In this document: positions 1 through 9,407 of the stretch, piece by piece | Layout of the letters: the number at the start of each line of letters is the position of its first letter | How positions within the stretch are numbered: position 1 is the first letter of the stretch | Virus record (IMG/VR): IMGVR_UViG_3300038976_000010 | Span: 1-25,725 of that record | Length of the DNA stretch: 25,725 bases | Direction: 5' to 3' (one strand) | Source of the DNA: a virus | Lineage: Duplodnaviria; Caudoviricetes | Position numbers and translations under genes: made by a program | Notes under the pieces: generated by a model | Database searches by the model: none | Told to the model about the DNA's origin: nothing | Seen by the model: the letters and a program-made list of their open reading frames with translations, nothing else

Positions 1-107
1 AGGATGTCCGCGATCGAGCCCTTCGGCTTCTTGTCGAGGAAGCTGGGCCGCTCCTCATCGCCGGCCGCGTTCGCCGTCGCGAAGATATCGTCGAGGGCGC
101 CCATCAT
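1..107 (-). CDS. 5' end of a further virion/ejection protein gene (runs off window)
   Basis: ATG at 107 overlaps the TGA of the upstream gene (ATGA); reads MMGALDDIFATANAAGDEERPSFLDKKPKGSIADI with no stop before the window edge; function from position only. Confidence 0.6.
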   Translation of the reverse strand, partial: MMGALDDIFATANAAGDEERPSFLDKKPKGSIADI

Positions 108-1870
108 CGGCCCTTCAGGTACTGCTCGAGGCGCGCTTTCTGCGAGGCGCTGAGCCGCGACCACTTGGCGGGATCGTTCTTGATGGCCTGGGCCTGCTCG
201 CGCTCGGAAGGACCCGCCGCGGCGGGTCCCGCGGCGCCTTCGCCCTTGGGCGTGGCGGCCACCTGTCGGCCGGCGACGCCGCTGGCCTGCTTCTGCTCGC
301 CCAGGTACTCGCGCGCAGCCTGCAGGCCGCCCTTCGAGTTCGGGCCGTACTGGTTGAAGAAGTTCTGCCACTCGGTGTTGCTGATCGCGGCGCCCGACTG
401 CGCGCGGCCGATCGTCTCCATGAAGCGGCGGACGTTCGCGAAGTATTTCTGCGCCGGCTCCGACAAGCCCTCGACCTCGCTCTGCGCGAGCATGCCGTGG
501 CCCTGGGCGAAACCCGCCGCGGCGCCGCCGATCATGGCGCCGATTCCGGTCCCTTCGCCCGCCTTGGCCGCCTGGGCAACCTGCTTCTGGTTGTTCAGCC
601 ACTTCTGGATCTCGCCCTTGGTCGGCGTGTAGCCGGACTTCTCGATCTCGTCGATGGCGCGGAGTCCGATCGCCGACTGCTTGGCGTCCTTCGACTGTCC
701 CTCGGTGGCCTTCGCGTTCTTCAGCGCGTCGTCAACGACCTTCTGGACTTGCTTGTCAGGAACCTTCAGCTCACCGGCGAGGCGATACAGCCCCTCGGAG
801 TCGCCAGGGTTCTCGGTGGCGTACTTCGCCAACTGGCGCCCGACTTCGGCCGCTCCGCTGGGCCCTGTCCCACCCCCCCCGCCCTTCCGCAGCGCCTGGG
901 CCTTCTTCGCGCTGGCCAGGATGTCCGCCTTCGCCAGTTCCACTTCCTGCCCGCGGATCGCCGCGAAGACGTTCTCACGCTTCTGCAGCGCATCGGCTTC
1001 GACCTTCTGGACCTCGGCGTTGCTGTCGATCTGGGCCTGCGACAGCCCGACGCGCGCCAGCTCCGTGCGCAGCTTGCTGGCGCTCTTCTGCAGGTTCGCG
1101 GCCTGCTTCAGATCGAGCTGGCGAAACGCCTCGTCCCGCTGCTTTCGCAGGCCCTCGACGTCGGCATCGGCGCGCTTCGACGCTGCCAGCAGCTTGTTCT
1201 CGACGTCCTTCTTCTGGCGCTCGATGTTCGTTTCGTTCGCCGTGATGATGTCCAGCGCGGTGTTGCGACCGCCGGTCATCCCCGCGGCGTACTGGCCCGC
1301 TCCGATGGCGATCGCCGCGGCCACGCTCTGCCAGAAGGACTTGGGCGCGCCGGGGTCGTTGGCGGCCTTCAGATACTCGCCGTACTGGGCTTTCGCGCGC
1401 GCGGTCTCCTGCGCGACGGCCTTCTCGGCGTCGTCGGCGATCCGGGCCCGCTCCTGCTCGTGCTGGAGGCGCAGCTCGTCCTCGCGGATAGCCGCGTCGA
1501 GATGGGCCTGCGCCGCGGCCTGCCCGCCCGCGCCCTTCTGCGCGGCGTTGGTGGCCTGGCCGGCCTCGTTCCGGTTGATGCCCTCCAGCGTGTCGCGCTC
1601 GGGCTGGCTGACCACGCGGTCAACGTTGGGCAGCGGCGCGGCCTGGGGCTGGTACGGCGTCACGGGAGCCGGGACGGGCTCGGGCACGGTGGTGCTGGGC
1701 GCCTCGGCCTGGGCCGGCGTGATCATGGTCGGCTCGCCGATGGCGATGCTGGGCGACGGGGGAGACGGCGGCACCGGCGCCGCCTGCGCGCCGATCGCAC
1801 CAGCCTGCGCCGGCGCGGGGCCGTTCTCGTCGTCCTCCCAGAGGCCAGTCTGCGTGTTGAGGTGTGCCAT
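104..1870 (-). CDS. putative internal virion / DNA ejection protein (588 aa)
   Basis: Pro-rich N-terminus, long Ala/Gln/Glu coiled-coil segments, Gly-rich hydrophobic stretches (FWQSVAAAIAIGAGQYAAG; GIGAMIGGAAAGFAQG); lies downstream of the tail genes as podovirus ejection proteins do. Confidence 0.6.
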   Translation of the reverse strand: MAHLNTQTGLWEDDENGPAPAQAGAIGAQAAPVPPSPPSPSIAIGEPTMITPAQAEAPSTTVPEPVPAPVTPYQPQAAPLPNVDRVVSQPERDTLEGINRNEAGQATNAAQKGAGGQAAAQAHLDAAIREDELRLQHEQERARIADDAEKAVAQETARAKAQYGEYLKAANDPGAPKSFWQSVAAAIAIGAGQYAAGMTGGRNTALDIITANETNIERQKKDVENKLLAASKRADADVEGLRKQRDEAFRQLDLKQAANLQKSASKLRTELARVGLSQAQIDSNAEVQKVEADALQKRENVFAAIRGQEVELAKADILASAKKAQALRKGGGGGTGPSGAAEVGRQLAKYATENPGDSEGLYRLAGELKVPDKQVQKVVDDALKNAKATEGQSKDAKQSAIGLRAIDEIEKSGYTPTKGEIQKWLNNQKQVAQAAKAGEGTGIGAMIGGAAAGFAQGHGMLAQSEVEGLSEPAQKYFANVRRFMETIGRAQSGAAISNTEWQNFFNQYGPNSKGGLQAAREYLGEQKQASGVAGRQVAATPKGEGAAGPAAAGPSEREQAQAIKNDPAKWSRLSASQKARLEQYLKGR

Positions 1871-1872
1871 GG

Positions 1873-3588
1873 CTACTTGAGCAAGCTCGCGATGATGGAG
1901 CCGCCAGCGCCCACCAGGGACGCGTTCTTGGCGGCCTGGGCCTTGGCCAGCTCGGCCTGAGCCTGAGCCGCGCCCACGGTGCCGGTGACGTTGGTCGCAG
2001 CGCCCGACAGCGCGTTCTTCGCCAGCGCGTCGCGCGCGGCCTGGTCGAGCTGCTGCTGGTTCTGCGTCGAGGTGACGTTGAACTGCTGGTTGGCCTGGTT
2101 GAGCTGCGCCTGGGCCAGGTCGCGCTCGGCCTGGGTCTTCGCGTTGGCCATCGCGATTTGCGCCTGGATCTGGGCGGTCGTCTGGTTCGCGTTGGTCAGG
2201 TTGTTGGCGCTGGCGATGCTGGCGTTCGTAGCGTTGTTGGCGCTGGCGATCGACGCGCTGGTGTCGTTCCCCGCGTTCGCGATCCCGGTCTGGTTCTCCA
2301 GGGTCGCGTTCAGATTCGACCGCGTGTTCTGCGCGCCCGCGAAGTCGTTGTTCACGCCCTGCTCGGCGTTGAAGGTGGTCCCGGCGACCTGCAGATCGCC
2401 AGCTCGCTGCGTCCCCAGGACGTCGCCCATCTGCGCGCGCGCCGCCGTGATCTCCTGGGCGCGCAGGATCGCCGCATCGGCCGCTGCCTTCGAGTTCAGG
2501 TCGCTGGCGCCCAGCATCGCCTGGCGCTGGGCCAGGCCCGTGTCCATGCCGTGAGCGGAGGCCGCGAGGGCGTACTGGTTCGCGATGTTCCGGTCGGTCG
2601 ACTGGCGCAGCTGGATCGCCGCGACGCTCGGATCGGTGCCGTCGATCGCTCCCTGCAGGCCCGCGACGAGCTTGTCCTGGTTCGCGCGCGCCGCGAGCTC
2701 GTACTGCGTGTCGTACTTGGCCAGCTCGGCCTTCACCGACGGCGCCGCGACCGCCGCGACCGAATGGCCGCCCGAGGCGCCCGCGCCGCTGGCCACGCCC
2801 GCGGTGACGGGGCCCGGCGCGATGGCCGCCTGGTATTCGGCGATCTGGGCCGGCGTGAGGTTCACCGGCCCGCCGTTCACGTAGGCGCTGCGCTCGGCGT
2901 TGTACTGGTCGCTGAGCGCCTTCGCCGCAGCCGCGGCGTCCGAGATGGCGCCGGTGTTGACGCTGCCGACGCCACCGTTGTTGCCGTTCACGATGTTGCC
3001 GACCGCGTTCGCGGCGTCCTTGATGCCGTTCCCGATGACTCCCGCAGCGCCATTCACGGCGCCGCCAATCGGCCCCTTCCCGTTGATGATCTCGTTGGCG
3101 ATCTTGATGCCAGGCGGGTTCAGCGGATTGAGGTAGCTGCCAGGCGAGTACGGCCCAGGCGTGGAACCCGTCGCGGCGTCGACGATGTCTCCCGTCGCGC
3201 CGTTACCCAGCGCAGATCCGAAGATGCGCCCGGCGCTCGGGTTGGCGTTGTTCGCGGCCTGCACGTCGTTCGCGGTCGCGGGCGTCCCGTCAGCCTTGAA
3301 GCTGCCCGTAGCCTTGCCGTCGGGGCCGTAGGTGGTCGTGATCCCGTGGCCGGACTGCGACGCGACCGAGCCGTTGGGCGCAAACGTGATCGTGCCGCCC
3401 GGGTTCCCGTTGGGCGCGGTCACCGTCCCATCGGGGTTGATCACCGCGCCGGGCAGCGTGATGCGCCCATTGGGCAGCGTGACCGTCCCGTCCGGGTTCT
3501 GGACGGCACCGCCAGGCGGGGGGAGCGGCGGCGGGGCGGTGGCCGGGTGCGGCTGCGCGCCAGGTGGGGGTGCGTATCCGGTGGCCAT
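1873..3588 (-). CDS. putative internal virion / DNA pilot (ejection) protein (571 aa)
   Basis: Ala/Asn/Gln-rich helical C-terminal half ending in SLVGAGGSIIASLLK; N-terminal NPDGTVT-type repeats; follows the nozzle-like gene. Confidence 0.6.
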   Translation of the reverse strand: MATGYAPPPGAQPHPATAPPPLPPPGGAVQNPDGTVTLPNGRITLPGAVINPDGTVTAPNGNPGGTITFAPNGSVASQSGHGITTTYGPDGKATGSFKADGTPATANDVQAANNANPSAGRIFGSALGNGATGDIVDAATGSTPGPYSPGSYLNPLNPPGIKIANEIINGKGPIGGAVNGAAGVIGNGIKDAANAVGNIVNGNNGGVGSVNTGAISDAAAAAKALSDQYNAERSAYVNGGPVNLTPAQIAEYQAAIAPGPVTAGVASGAGASGGHSVAAVAAPSVKAELAKYDTQYELAARANQDKLVAGLQGAIDGTDPSVAAIQLRQSTDRNIANQYALAASAHGMDTGLAQRQAMLGASDLNSKAAADAAILRAQEITAARAQMGDVLGTQRAGDLQVAGTTFNAEQGVNNDFAGAQNTRSNLNATLENQTGIANAGNDTSASIASANNATNASIASANNLTNANQTTAQIQAQIAMANAKTQAERDLAQAQLNQANQQFNVTSTQNQQQLDQAARDALAKNALSGAATNVTGTVGAAQAQAELAKAQAAKNASLVGAGGSIIASLLK

Positions 3589-3595
3589 CTACGGT

Positions 3596-3610
3596 GGCCC
3601 CGCTGGTTGC
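3596..3610 (-). promoter_or_regulatory. late-promoter-like motif copy A (GCAACCAGCGGGGCC)
   Basis: occupies most of the 22-bp gap, 7 nt upstream of ATG 3588; no Shine-Dalgarno; matches copies at 6686, 12514 and 16046. Confidence 0.65.
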
Positions 3611-6600
3611 TCAGGTGAGGCGCTTGCCGTAGGGGATGCCGCTGCCCCGCTTGGCTCCGACGATGACGTTGACGCTGGTGATCGTGAACGCCCCACTCCC
3701 AGCGGCCTGGCCGACGGTGGTCAGCACCGGCCGCATCGCGGTGCACTTGTTCCGGCCCTCGGGCGGGTTGTACTCCACCATGAAGCTGCCCGTGCCGACG
3801 GTCAGCGGGATCGTCTTCGGCACGCCGGTCACGGCGCCCGAGTAGTCGAACTCGGCGTCGATATCGAGGGTGCACGCCCCCGTCACGTCGCCCAGCACCT
3901 GCACCGCGTACACCCGCTGGTAGCCGTTCAGGCCGTTCAGGTCGAGGTGTGGGAAGCCGATCCGCGGGACGATGGCCGTCGTGGTGCCGTTCACGTCGCT
4001 GTACACCCCCGGCGTCTCCTGGAAGACCGAGCCGTCCGCCAGCGCGTAGCACCAGCCCGATGGGATGTCCGCGCAGGCCACCACGGTGCTGGCCACGCCG
4101 GACGTATCCACGCGCAGCTTGAAGGTGTACCAGCGCTTGTGGTGGTAGTCCCACACCAGGCAGCGCCCCGACGGCATGACGAACCGCACCTGGGTCTGGC
4201 CGGTGACGGGCGAGGCGTCGACGACGGATTCGGCGAGGGTGTACTGCTCGACGGCGGCGCCGATGTACGTCAGCTGCAGCCCGCGGTCGAGCAGGTAGAT
4301 GCCGTTCGCGGCCTGGAACATGACGCCGTCGGGGGTCAGCACCACGGAGCCGGGAAGGACCGTGCCGATGTTGCGCGAGACGTTGGCCGGCGGGTTGAAC
4401 GTGCCCTGGCCGGCGTCGTTGGGCCCGTCGCCGGTGATCACCCAGATGGCCGTCGACTTGAACACGATCAGCCGGCCGTCCATCGACGCCAGCGCCGTGA
4501 TCGCCCCCGCGCCGTCGCCCGTGACCTTGAAGGCCAGCAGCGGGTTGAAGCCGATGCCCGTCCCGGCCTTGTACTCCTTCGACGGCCACAGCTCGGTGGG
4601 ATCCTCGGCGCTCACCAGCCAGACCCGCGTCTGGTTCACCTCCAGGATCTGGTGCGACGGCGGGTTGAAGTTGTCGAGGATGCCGCCCGTCGTGTACAGC
4701 AGCTCGTTCGCCGCTGCGGTGGCGTCCGAGATCGTGTCGATGAACGTGGTCGTGTCGGGGACCCCCGAGGGGTCAGCGACAGCCGAGCCCACCAGGTTGA
4801 TCGCCGACGCGCCCGACGCGGTGGGGCCGCGGCGATAGAACTCGACGGCGGTCCAAGCCTGGTAGGACGGCAGCAGCCGCGGGATCTTGTAGGTGACCGT
4901 GGTGCTGCCGTCTCCACCGCCGATCACAACCGTTGTCGGCAGCGACGGGGCCGACCGGATGACTCGGCCATTCGCGTCCGTGCGCTTATAGACTAGGTAG
5001 TAGTCGTAGCTCCCGCCGGGCGTCATCGCCCCGGCGGCGCGGGTGGCCACCGCCGGGGCTTCCGGAACGAGCGGAAACGCCGCCCAAGACACGCCAGCAC
5101 CATCGTGCTGTGTGAGCATCCCGCCCGGGATGAAGAGCGACCGACCCAGTTCGCGCGCGCGCAGGGTCCGCGCGGCGTTGTTGATCTGCAGCTCGGAGAT
5201 CACCCGCTGGGACTTGCTGGCGCGCACCGCGATGGCGATGCCGTAGGCCCCAGCAGGCGTCGTCCGCACGGAAGCCAGGCCGCAAACGACAACGGGGCCG
5301 CCTGACTTGCGGTCTACCGACGACAGGACGGGGCTGCGACCGTTCCCGTTGACCAGCAACGCACCGCCGGCAACCGGGATCGTGAAGAGCTGGTAGGCGT
5401 TGTTGACCGTCGAGTCGTAGGAGCACAGCACGTACCAAAGGCCGTCGCTCATCTTGAACGCGCGCGAGACCAGCCCGTAGGACTGGAACATCGACAGCAC
5501 AGCCGCAGCGCCGGTCCAATCGCCGCGGCGGGTGTTCGTGTTGAATGTCGACGCCGCGGTCACGTCCCAGAGCGCGACGTAGTCGGCCACGCCAGTGCGG
5601 ACGTAGCCGGTGACGTTGCGAACGTTCGCGGTCGCGGCAGCGTCGATCACGTTGGTGGCCGTAACCGCGAGCGCGCCCTGGCTCATCACGCGGACCACCA
5701 GGCCAGCGCCGGCGCCAGCGGTGCCGAGCAGGAACGATCCCGTCGCCGCGCTGTTGTCCAGCCAGCCCATGGTCATCGACGCATCGGCGCCAGCGGTATT
5801 CACCGGGCCCAGCACGGTCGCCAGCGTCGCCGGGTTGTAGGTTCGCACGCTGACGCCGCCGGCAGTCGCCCGATAGGCGATGACGATGTTCCCCGAGACG
5901 GAATCGACCATCACGTCGAACCAGGGCTGGGCAGCGGACACCGCCGCCGCCGCGACGACGGAGTCCGTGATCGCGCCCCCGAGGGAGATCCGGCGGATGA
6001 CGATGTCGTTGGTCGCGGAGTTCACCGAGACCAGGCAATGAAAACCTTGGCTGTAGACCGCCTTCCAGCACGTCGCGGTCGCGGTGTTGAGCAGGTAGGG
6101 CCCAAAGGTGATGGTTCCGGAGGTCTGATCGGCGAGGACGTGAAACCAGGTTCCCGCCGCCGATCCCTGCCAGACGGTTGAGACAAGACCGCCGCCCTGT
6201 GATTGGTCGGGCTGGACGGCGTCCGCCAGCGCCGTCAGGGCCGGCTCCCCGATCTTGCCGCGCAGCATGGCTGAAGCGGCACCCTGCCAGTTGAAGGCAA
6301 TCGCCCCACCGCCGGCGGCGTCGGTCCAGTTTGCCGTGGTCCCGGGAATTACGGCTGGCGTTCCGGTGCGCACCCGCAGCCCAGGCAGGCCATTCAGCGG
6401 CGCGACCGTCAGATCGGCGAGTGACATCACGTCGCCCGCGAGCCCAGGCCAGATCGCCCGCATCCGCGCCAGGATGTTGCCGTCCACGGTTGTTTTTCCG
6501 AAGGCCGCGAAGCCGTTGCGCAGTCGCAGCTCGCCCGTCTTCAGCTGGTACATGTTCTCCAGCTCGAGCAGCGCCCCGGGCTGCACCAGCTTGGGGTTCG

Positions 6601-6682
6601 TCTTCGTGTCCAGCGCCCCGTTGACGAGCACCGGCACGCTGACCTTGGCGAGCCCTGACCCTACGCGCAGCTTCGGCATCAC
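3611..6682 (-). CDS. podovirus tail nozzle/hub-like protein (P22 gp10 / T7 gp12 analogue), 1023 aa
   Basis: beta-rich; N-terminal GALDTKTNP...LELENMY...LRLRNGF and C-terminal propeller-like repeats (LIVFKSTAIWVITG, GVMFQAANGIYLL, CLVWDYHHKRWYTF); located between adaptor/fibre and ejection genes; start is GTG 6682 or ATG 6679. Confidence 0.7.
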   Translation of the reverse strand: MMPKLRVGSGLAKVSVPVLVNGALDTKTNPKLVQPGALLELENMYQLKTGELRLRNGFAAFGKTTVDGNILARMRAIWPGLAGDVMSLADLTVAPLNGLPGLRVRTGTPAVIPGTTANWTDAAGGGAIAFNWQGAASAMLRGKIGEPALTALADAVQPDQSQGGGLVSTVWQGSAAGTWFHVLADQTSGTITFGPYLLNTATATCWKAVYSQGFHCLVSVNSATNDIVIRRISLGGAITDSVVAAAAVSAAQPWFDVMVDSVSGNIVIAYRATAGGVSVRTYNPATLATVLGPVNTAGADASMTMGWLDNSAATGSFLLGTAGAGAGLVVRVMSQGALAVTATNVIDAAATANVRNVTGYVRTGVADYVALWDVTAASTFNTNTRRGDWTGAAAVLSMFQSYGLVSRAFKMSDGLWYVLCSYDSTVNNAYQLFTIPVAGGALLVNGNGRSPVLSSVDRKSGGPVVVCGLASVRTTPAGAYGIAIAVRASKSQRVISELQINNAARTLRARELGRSLFIPGGMLTQHDGAGVSWAAFPLVPEAPAVATRAAGAMTPGGSYDYYLVYKRTDANGRVIRSAPSLPTTVVIGGGDGSTTVTYKIPRLLPSYQAWTAVEFYRRGPTASGASAINLVGSAVADPSGVPDTTTFIDTISDATAAANELLYTTGGILDNFNPPSHQILEVNQTRVWLVSAEDPTELWPSKEYKAGTGIGFNPLLAFKVTGDGAGAITALASMDGRLIVFKSTAIWVITGDGPNDAGQGTFNPPANVSRNIGTVLPGSVVLTPDGVMFQAANGIYLLDRGLQLTYIGAAVEQYTLAESVVDASPVTGQTQVRFVMPSGRCLVWDYHHKRWYTFKLRVDTSGVASTVVACADIPSGWCYALADGSVFQETPGVYSDVNGTTTAIVPRIGFPHLDLNGLNGYQRVYAVQVLGDVTGACTLDIDAEFDYSGAVTGVPKTIPLTVGTGSFMVEYNPPEGRNKCTAMRPVLTTVGQAAGSGAFTITSVNVIVGAKRGSGIPYGKRLT

Positions 6683-6685
6683 CTG

Positions 6686-6700
6686 GGCCCCGGTGGTCGA
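6686..6700 (-). promoter_or_regulatory. late-promoter-like motif copy D (TCGACCACCGGGGCC)
   Basis: 6 nt upstream of ATG 6679; most divergent of the four copies. Confidence 0.5.
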
Positions 6701-6711
6701 AGTGACGCGGC

Positions 6712-6738
6712 GAATTACTGGTCAAATTGTCCAGAAAC
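6712..6738 (+). promoter_or_regulatory. 27-bp imperfect palindrome, copy 1 (GAATTACTGGTCAAATTGTCCAGAAAC)
   Basis: AT-rich site in the divergent intergenic gap; aligns without gaps to copies at 16070, 19607 (reverse strand) and 24512. Confidence 0.7.
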
Positions 6739-6746
6739 GACCACGC

Positions 6747-6774
6747 TTGATCGGCGGCGCGCGTAGCGTATCAT
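6747..6774 (+). promoter_or_regulatory. sigma70-like promoter TTGATC-N16-TATCAT for the plus-strand cassette
   Basis: -35 at 6747-6752 and -10 at 6769-6774; ATG 6782 lies 7 nt downstream, consistent with a leaderless mRNA. Confidence 0.55.
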
Positions 6775-6781
6775 CTGGATC

Positions 6782-7072
6782 ATGTGCAAGACGCTGTTGC
6801 TGGTGGTGGCCGGGTTGTTCATCGGGTGCGGCGACGAGAAGGGCGTCATGGATGAGCCCGTGAGCGTCGGCTTGCCCGACTGCGGAGACATCGTGTACGG
6901 CGTCGGCTGCCCTGGCAGCGGCGATCCGCACGCGCAGGCGACGTGCATGGTCGGCGACCGGAACGACGTGCCGAACTGGAAGCCGATCTACGGCTGCACC
7001 ACGACGTTTCGCCTGATCGCCGACCCGTCGATGACCTATCAGACCCTGTGCGTCGCGAGCTGCGAGCCGTGA
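6782..7072 (+). CDS. small Cys-rich lipoprotein (96 aa)
   Basis: signal peptide MCKTLLLVVAGLFIG-C with a lipobox-like FIGC; six further Cys in the mature part; has its own promoter. Confidence 0.75.
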   Translation: MCKTLLLVVAGLFIGCGDEKGVMDEPVSVGLPDCGDIVYGVGCPGSGDPHAQATCMVGDRNDVPNWKPIYGCTTTFRLIADPSMTYQTLCVASCEP

Positions 7073-7332
7073 GCAATTTCGCGACGGCCGTCAAGAACGA
7101 GGCACGGGACTGGGGTCACGTGGCATGGCACACGCTGATGTTGCTGTGGCACCTCGCGCGAGCCATCGCGATATTCGCTGGCATCGTGGCGATGATCCTC
7201 GGCGTCATCGGCTACGTCTGGTGGCGATCGGTTGAGCGTCAGACGGAGCAGGATCGCATCGACGGCGAACTGACCCGGCTGCGTAACCGCATCGAACGGG
7301 TCGAGCGGGCTACTGCGTCGGGCCCGAGGTGA
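7069..7332 (+). CDS. small membrane protein with C-terminal coiled coil (87 aa)
   Basis: GTG 7069 overlaps the lipoprotein stop (GTGA); hydrophobic segment AIAIFAGIVAMILGVIGYVWW followed by a charged heptad tail; overlaps the 3' end of the convergent fibre gene by 23 bp. Confidence 0.7.
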   Translation: MSNFATAVKNEARDWGHVAWHTLMLLWHLARAIAIFAGIVAMILGVIGYVWWRSVERQTEQDRIDGELTRLRNRIERVERATASGPR

Positions 7333-8515
7333 CCACGATCATGATGCCCGGCCCACCGTCGCCGCCCTTGCCACTGGGGTTGCCCGTCGCCGACGCGCCG
7401 CCCGCGCCGCCGCCACCGTAGTTGCCGCCGTTCCCACCCGCGAAGCCTGCGTTGCCGGCCGTCTCGCCACCACCCGCGCCGCCACCGCCGCCGGTGACCG
7501 TATTCGTGGTGCCCGAGCCGCCGTTGTTGCCGGCCGCGCCTGACACGCCCGTGCCGCCAGCGTTCGTCACGCCGGTGGACGTCGAGCCGTTGCCACCGTT
7601 CCCGCCTGCGTTCGCTGCGCCCGAGGTGGCGCCGCTTCCGCCGCCACCGCCGGCGCGCCCCGTTCCGCTGCTGCCTGCGATCCCGGCCGCGGCGCCGATG
7701 GTCTGGCCGTTCGCGCCCGCGCCGCTGCCCTGGACGGACGCGCCACCAAGGGCGCCGAGCGAGCCGTCGCCACCCTTGCCCTTCTTTCCTCCCAGCGCCG
7801 TCAGGAACGCGCCGAACGTCGTGTTGGCGGCGTCCGTGCCGTCGAGACCGACGCCGTTCACGGCCTTGGCAGCGCCGCCGGTGCCGATGGCGCCGATGGT
7901 GACCGCGATGGTGTTGCCCACGGCGCCGAGGGCGGTCGCGGGCACCGCGATCAGCTCCGCGTAGCCGCCGCCCGACGCGCCAGCGCCCGAGCCGATGAAG
8001 CCGCCGCGCTCGCCGCTCCCGCCGCCGCCGCCCGCGGCCTGGGCGTACACCGAGACCACGCCGCCGCGGTTCGTCCAGGTGCCCGAGGCCGTGAACACGT
8101 CCACGCGGGCGCCGGGGATCGCCTTGCCGAGGGACAGCCACTTGTTCACGCCGTCGCTGGCCAGCACGACGGGCGCGCCGCCAGCGAGCGTGATGGTGTT
8201 GCCGCCGTCGACGGTCTCGTTGGCAGCCGCGGCGATGGTCACCGCGGTGGCCGTCGTGTTCAGCACCCAGACGATGGCGCTGGTGTTCTTGCCCTGCGAC
8301 GCCGCGGGGGGCAGCACCAGCACACCGCCGGCAGGGCCGCCCCAGACGGCGATGGACGTGCCGGCCTTGATGGCCTGGGTGCTCGGGATGAAGGCCACGG
8401 GCGACGCGAACAGCTCGTCGCGCTTCGACAGGTCGTCGACGGTCTTCGCGATTCGCGCCTGTGCCTGCTGGTTCAGCGTGTCGGGAAACTGGGTCTTGTC
8501 GAGCTTGATCCCCAT
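7310..8515 (-). CDS. glycine-rich tail fibre/appendage protein (401 aa)
   Basis: ATG 8515 lies just after the adaptor stop (the ORF-track start at 8710 overlaps the adaptor gene and is rejected); VFTASGTWT...GGGGGSG...GGDGGPGIMIVV is the typical phage glycine-rich domain pattern. Confidence 0.75.
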   Translation of the reverse strand: MGIKLDKTQFPDTLNQQAQARIAKTVDDLSKRDELFASPVAFIPSTQAIKAGTSIAVWGGPAGGVLVLPPAASQGKNTSAIVWVLNTTATAVTIAAAANETVDGGNTITLAGGAPVVLASDGVNKWLSLGKAIPGARVDVFTASGTWTNRGGVVSVYAQAAGGGGGSGERGGFIGSGAGASGGGYAELIAVPATALGAVGNTIAVTIGAIGTGGAAKAVNGVGLDGTDAANTTFGAFLTALGGKKGKGGDGSLGALGGASVQGSGAGANGQTIGAAAGIAGSSGTGRAGGGGGSGATSGAANAGGNGGNGSTSTGVTNAGGTGVSGAAGNNGGSGTTNTVTGGGGGAGGGETAGNAGFAGGNGGNYGGGGAGGASATGNPSGKGGDGGPGIMIVVTSGPTQ

Positions 8516-8516
8516 G

Positions 8517-9191
8517 TCACGGCCAGAGCCCCGATCCGCCGGTCGCTTCGACGTCGACAATCGTGGCCGGCTCGGTGCTGTCGCCGAATTCGGCTTCGAT
8601 GCCGTCCTTGATCTCCTGCAGGTTCGCGCGGAGGTTGTTGGTGTCGGATTCCTCGCGCGCGAGGGCCTTGATCGCAGCGTGGTGCTCGATGAAGTCGACG
8701 TACGGCTCAAAGATCGCGTTGATGTTCGTCGCGTCCTGCGACCCGTCGATGGCGAACTTGGTCGGCCCGATCGTGTAGTAGTAGGCGTAGTTGCCGGCCG
8801 CGTACGACGCCGGCTCGATCACCAGGTTGTTGCCCTGGATGTCGTACCGCCGCTCCGGGATCATGGACGTCCCGGCGTTGCCGGCAGCGTCGCGCTCTTC
8901 GAAGTTGAACGTGCGCAGGGACTGGCGCAGCGACTGGGACGCCGGGTCCTTGGTCACCCCGAACACCCGCCGCCAGCCAGCGGCCAGCGCGACGACGTTC
9001 ACGCCGCCGGCCAGCGTGAACGTCACGGTGGCGTTGAAGCGCGAAGGAGCCAGGCGAAAGAGGAACCGATAGAGTTCCTCCTGCGCCTGGTTGATCCAGC
9101 GCCGCCAGGTGATGTCGCTGACCGAGGCGTTGTTCTGGTAGTCGGCGAGGTCTTTCGCTCCCGACAGGATTTCCGAGAGCGGGACCGCCAC
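8517..9191 (-). CDS. putative head-tail adaptor (224 aa)
   Basis: GAGGAG RBS; N-terminal helical pattern LSEILSGAKDLAD...WRRWINQAQEELY and C-terminal FEPYVDFIEHHAAIKAL resemble podovirus adaptor proteins; position after the capsid genes. Confidence 0.65.
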   Translation of the reverse strand: MAVPLSEILSGAKDLADYQNNASVSDITWRRWINQAQEELYRFLFRLAPSRFNATVTFTLAGGVNVVALAAGWRRVFGVTKDPASQSLRQSLRTFNFEERDAAGNAGTSMIPERRYDIQGNNLVIEPASYAAGNYAYYYTIGPTKFAIDGSQDATNINAIFEPYVDFIEHHAAIKALAREESDTNNLRANLQEIKDGIEAEFGDSTEPATIVDVEATGGSGLWP

Positions 9192-9194
9192 GGA

Positions 9195-9407
9195 TTACTC
9201 CTCCGCGCCGCCGCTCTTGCTCATCCCGCAGTTCGCCTTGACGTCGGCGTAGGCGTCGAGGGCGGCATCCACGTCGCCGCTCTTGACGGCATCCATGAAC
9301 GCCTTCATCGAGGCCTTGGCCGGCGAGTAGTCTTCCTCGTCGGCGTTGGCGTCCGACGAGGAAGGGCCCATCGCCAGCGCCGCTTTCGCAGTGTCGGCGA
9401 TGTTCAC
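9195..9407 (-). CDS. hypothetical protein (70 aa)
   Basis: GTGA-coupled to the upstream gene; acidic and helical. Confidence 0.7.
   Translation of the reverse strand: MNIADTAKAALAMGPSSSDANADEEDYSPAKASMKAFMDAVKSGDVDAALDAYADVKANCGMSKSGGAEE

Noticed and set aside
6782-7332. Lipoprotein plus membrane protein as an Rz/Rz1 spanin pair
   Set aside because: They are antisense to the late genes, the lipoprotein comes first, and no endolysin or holin is adjacent; not fully excluded
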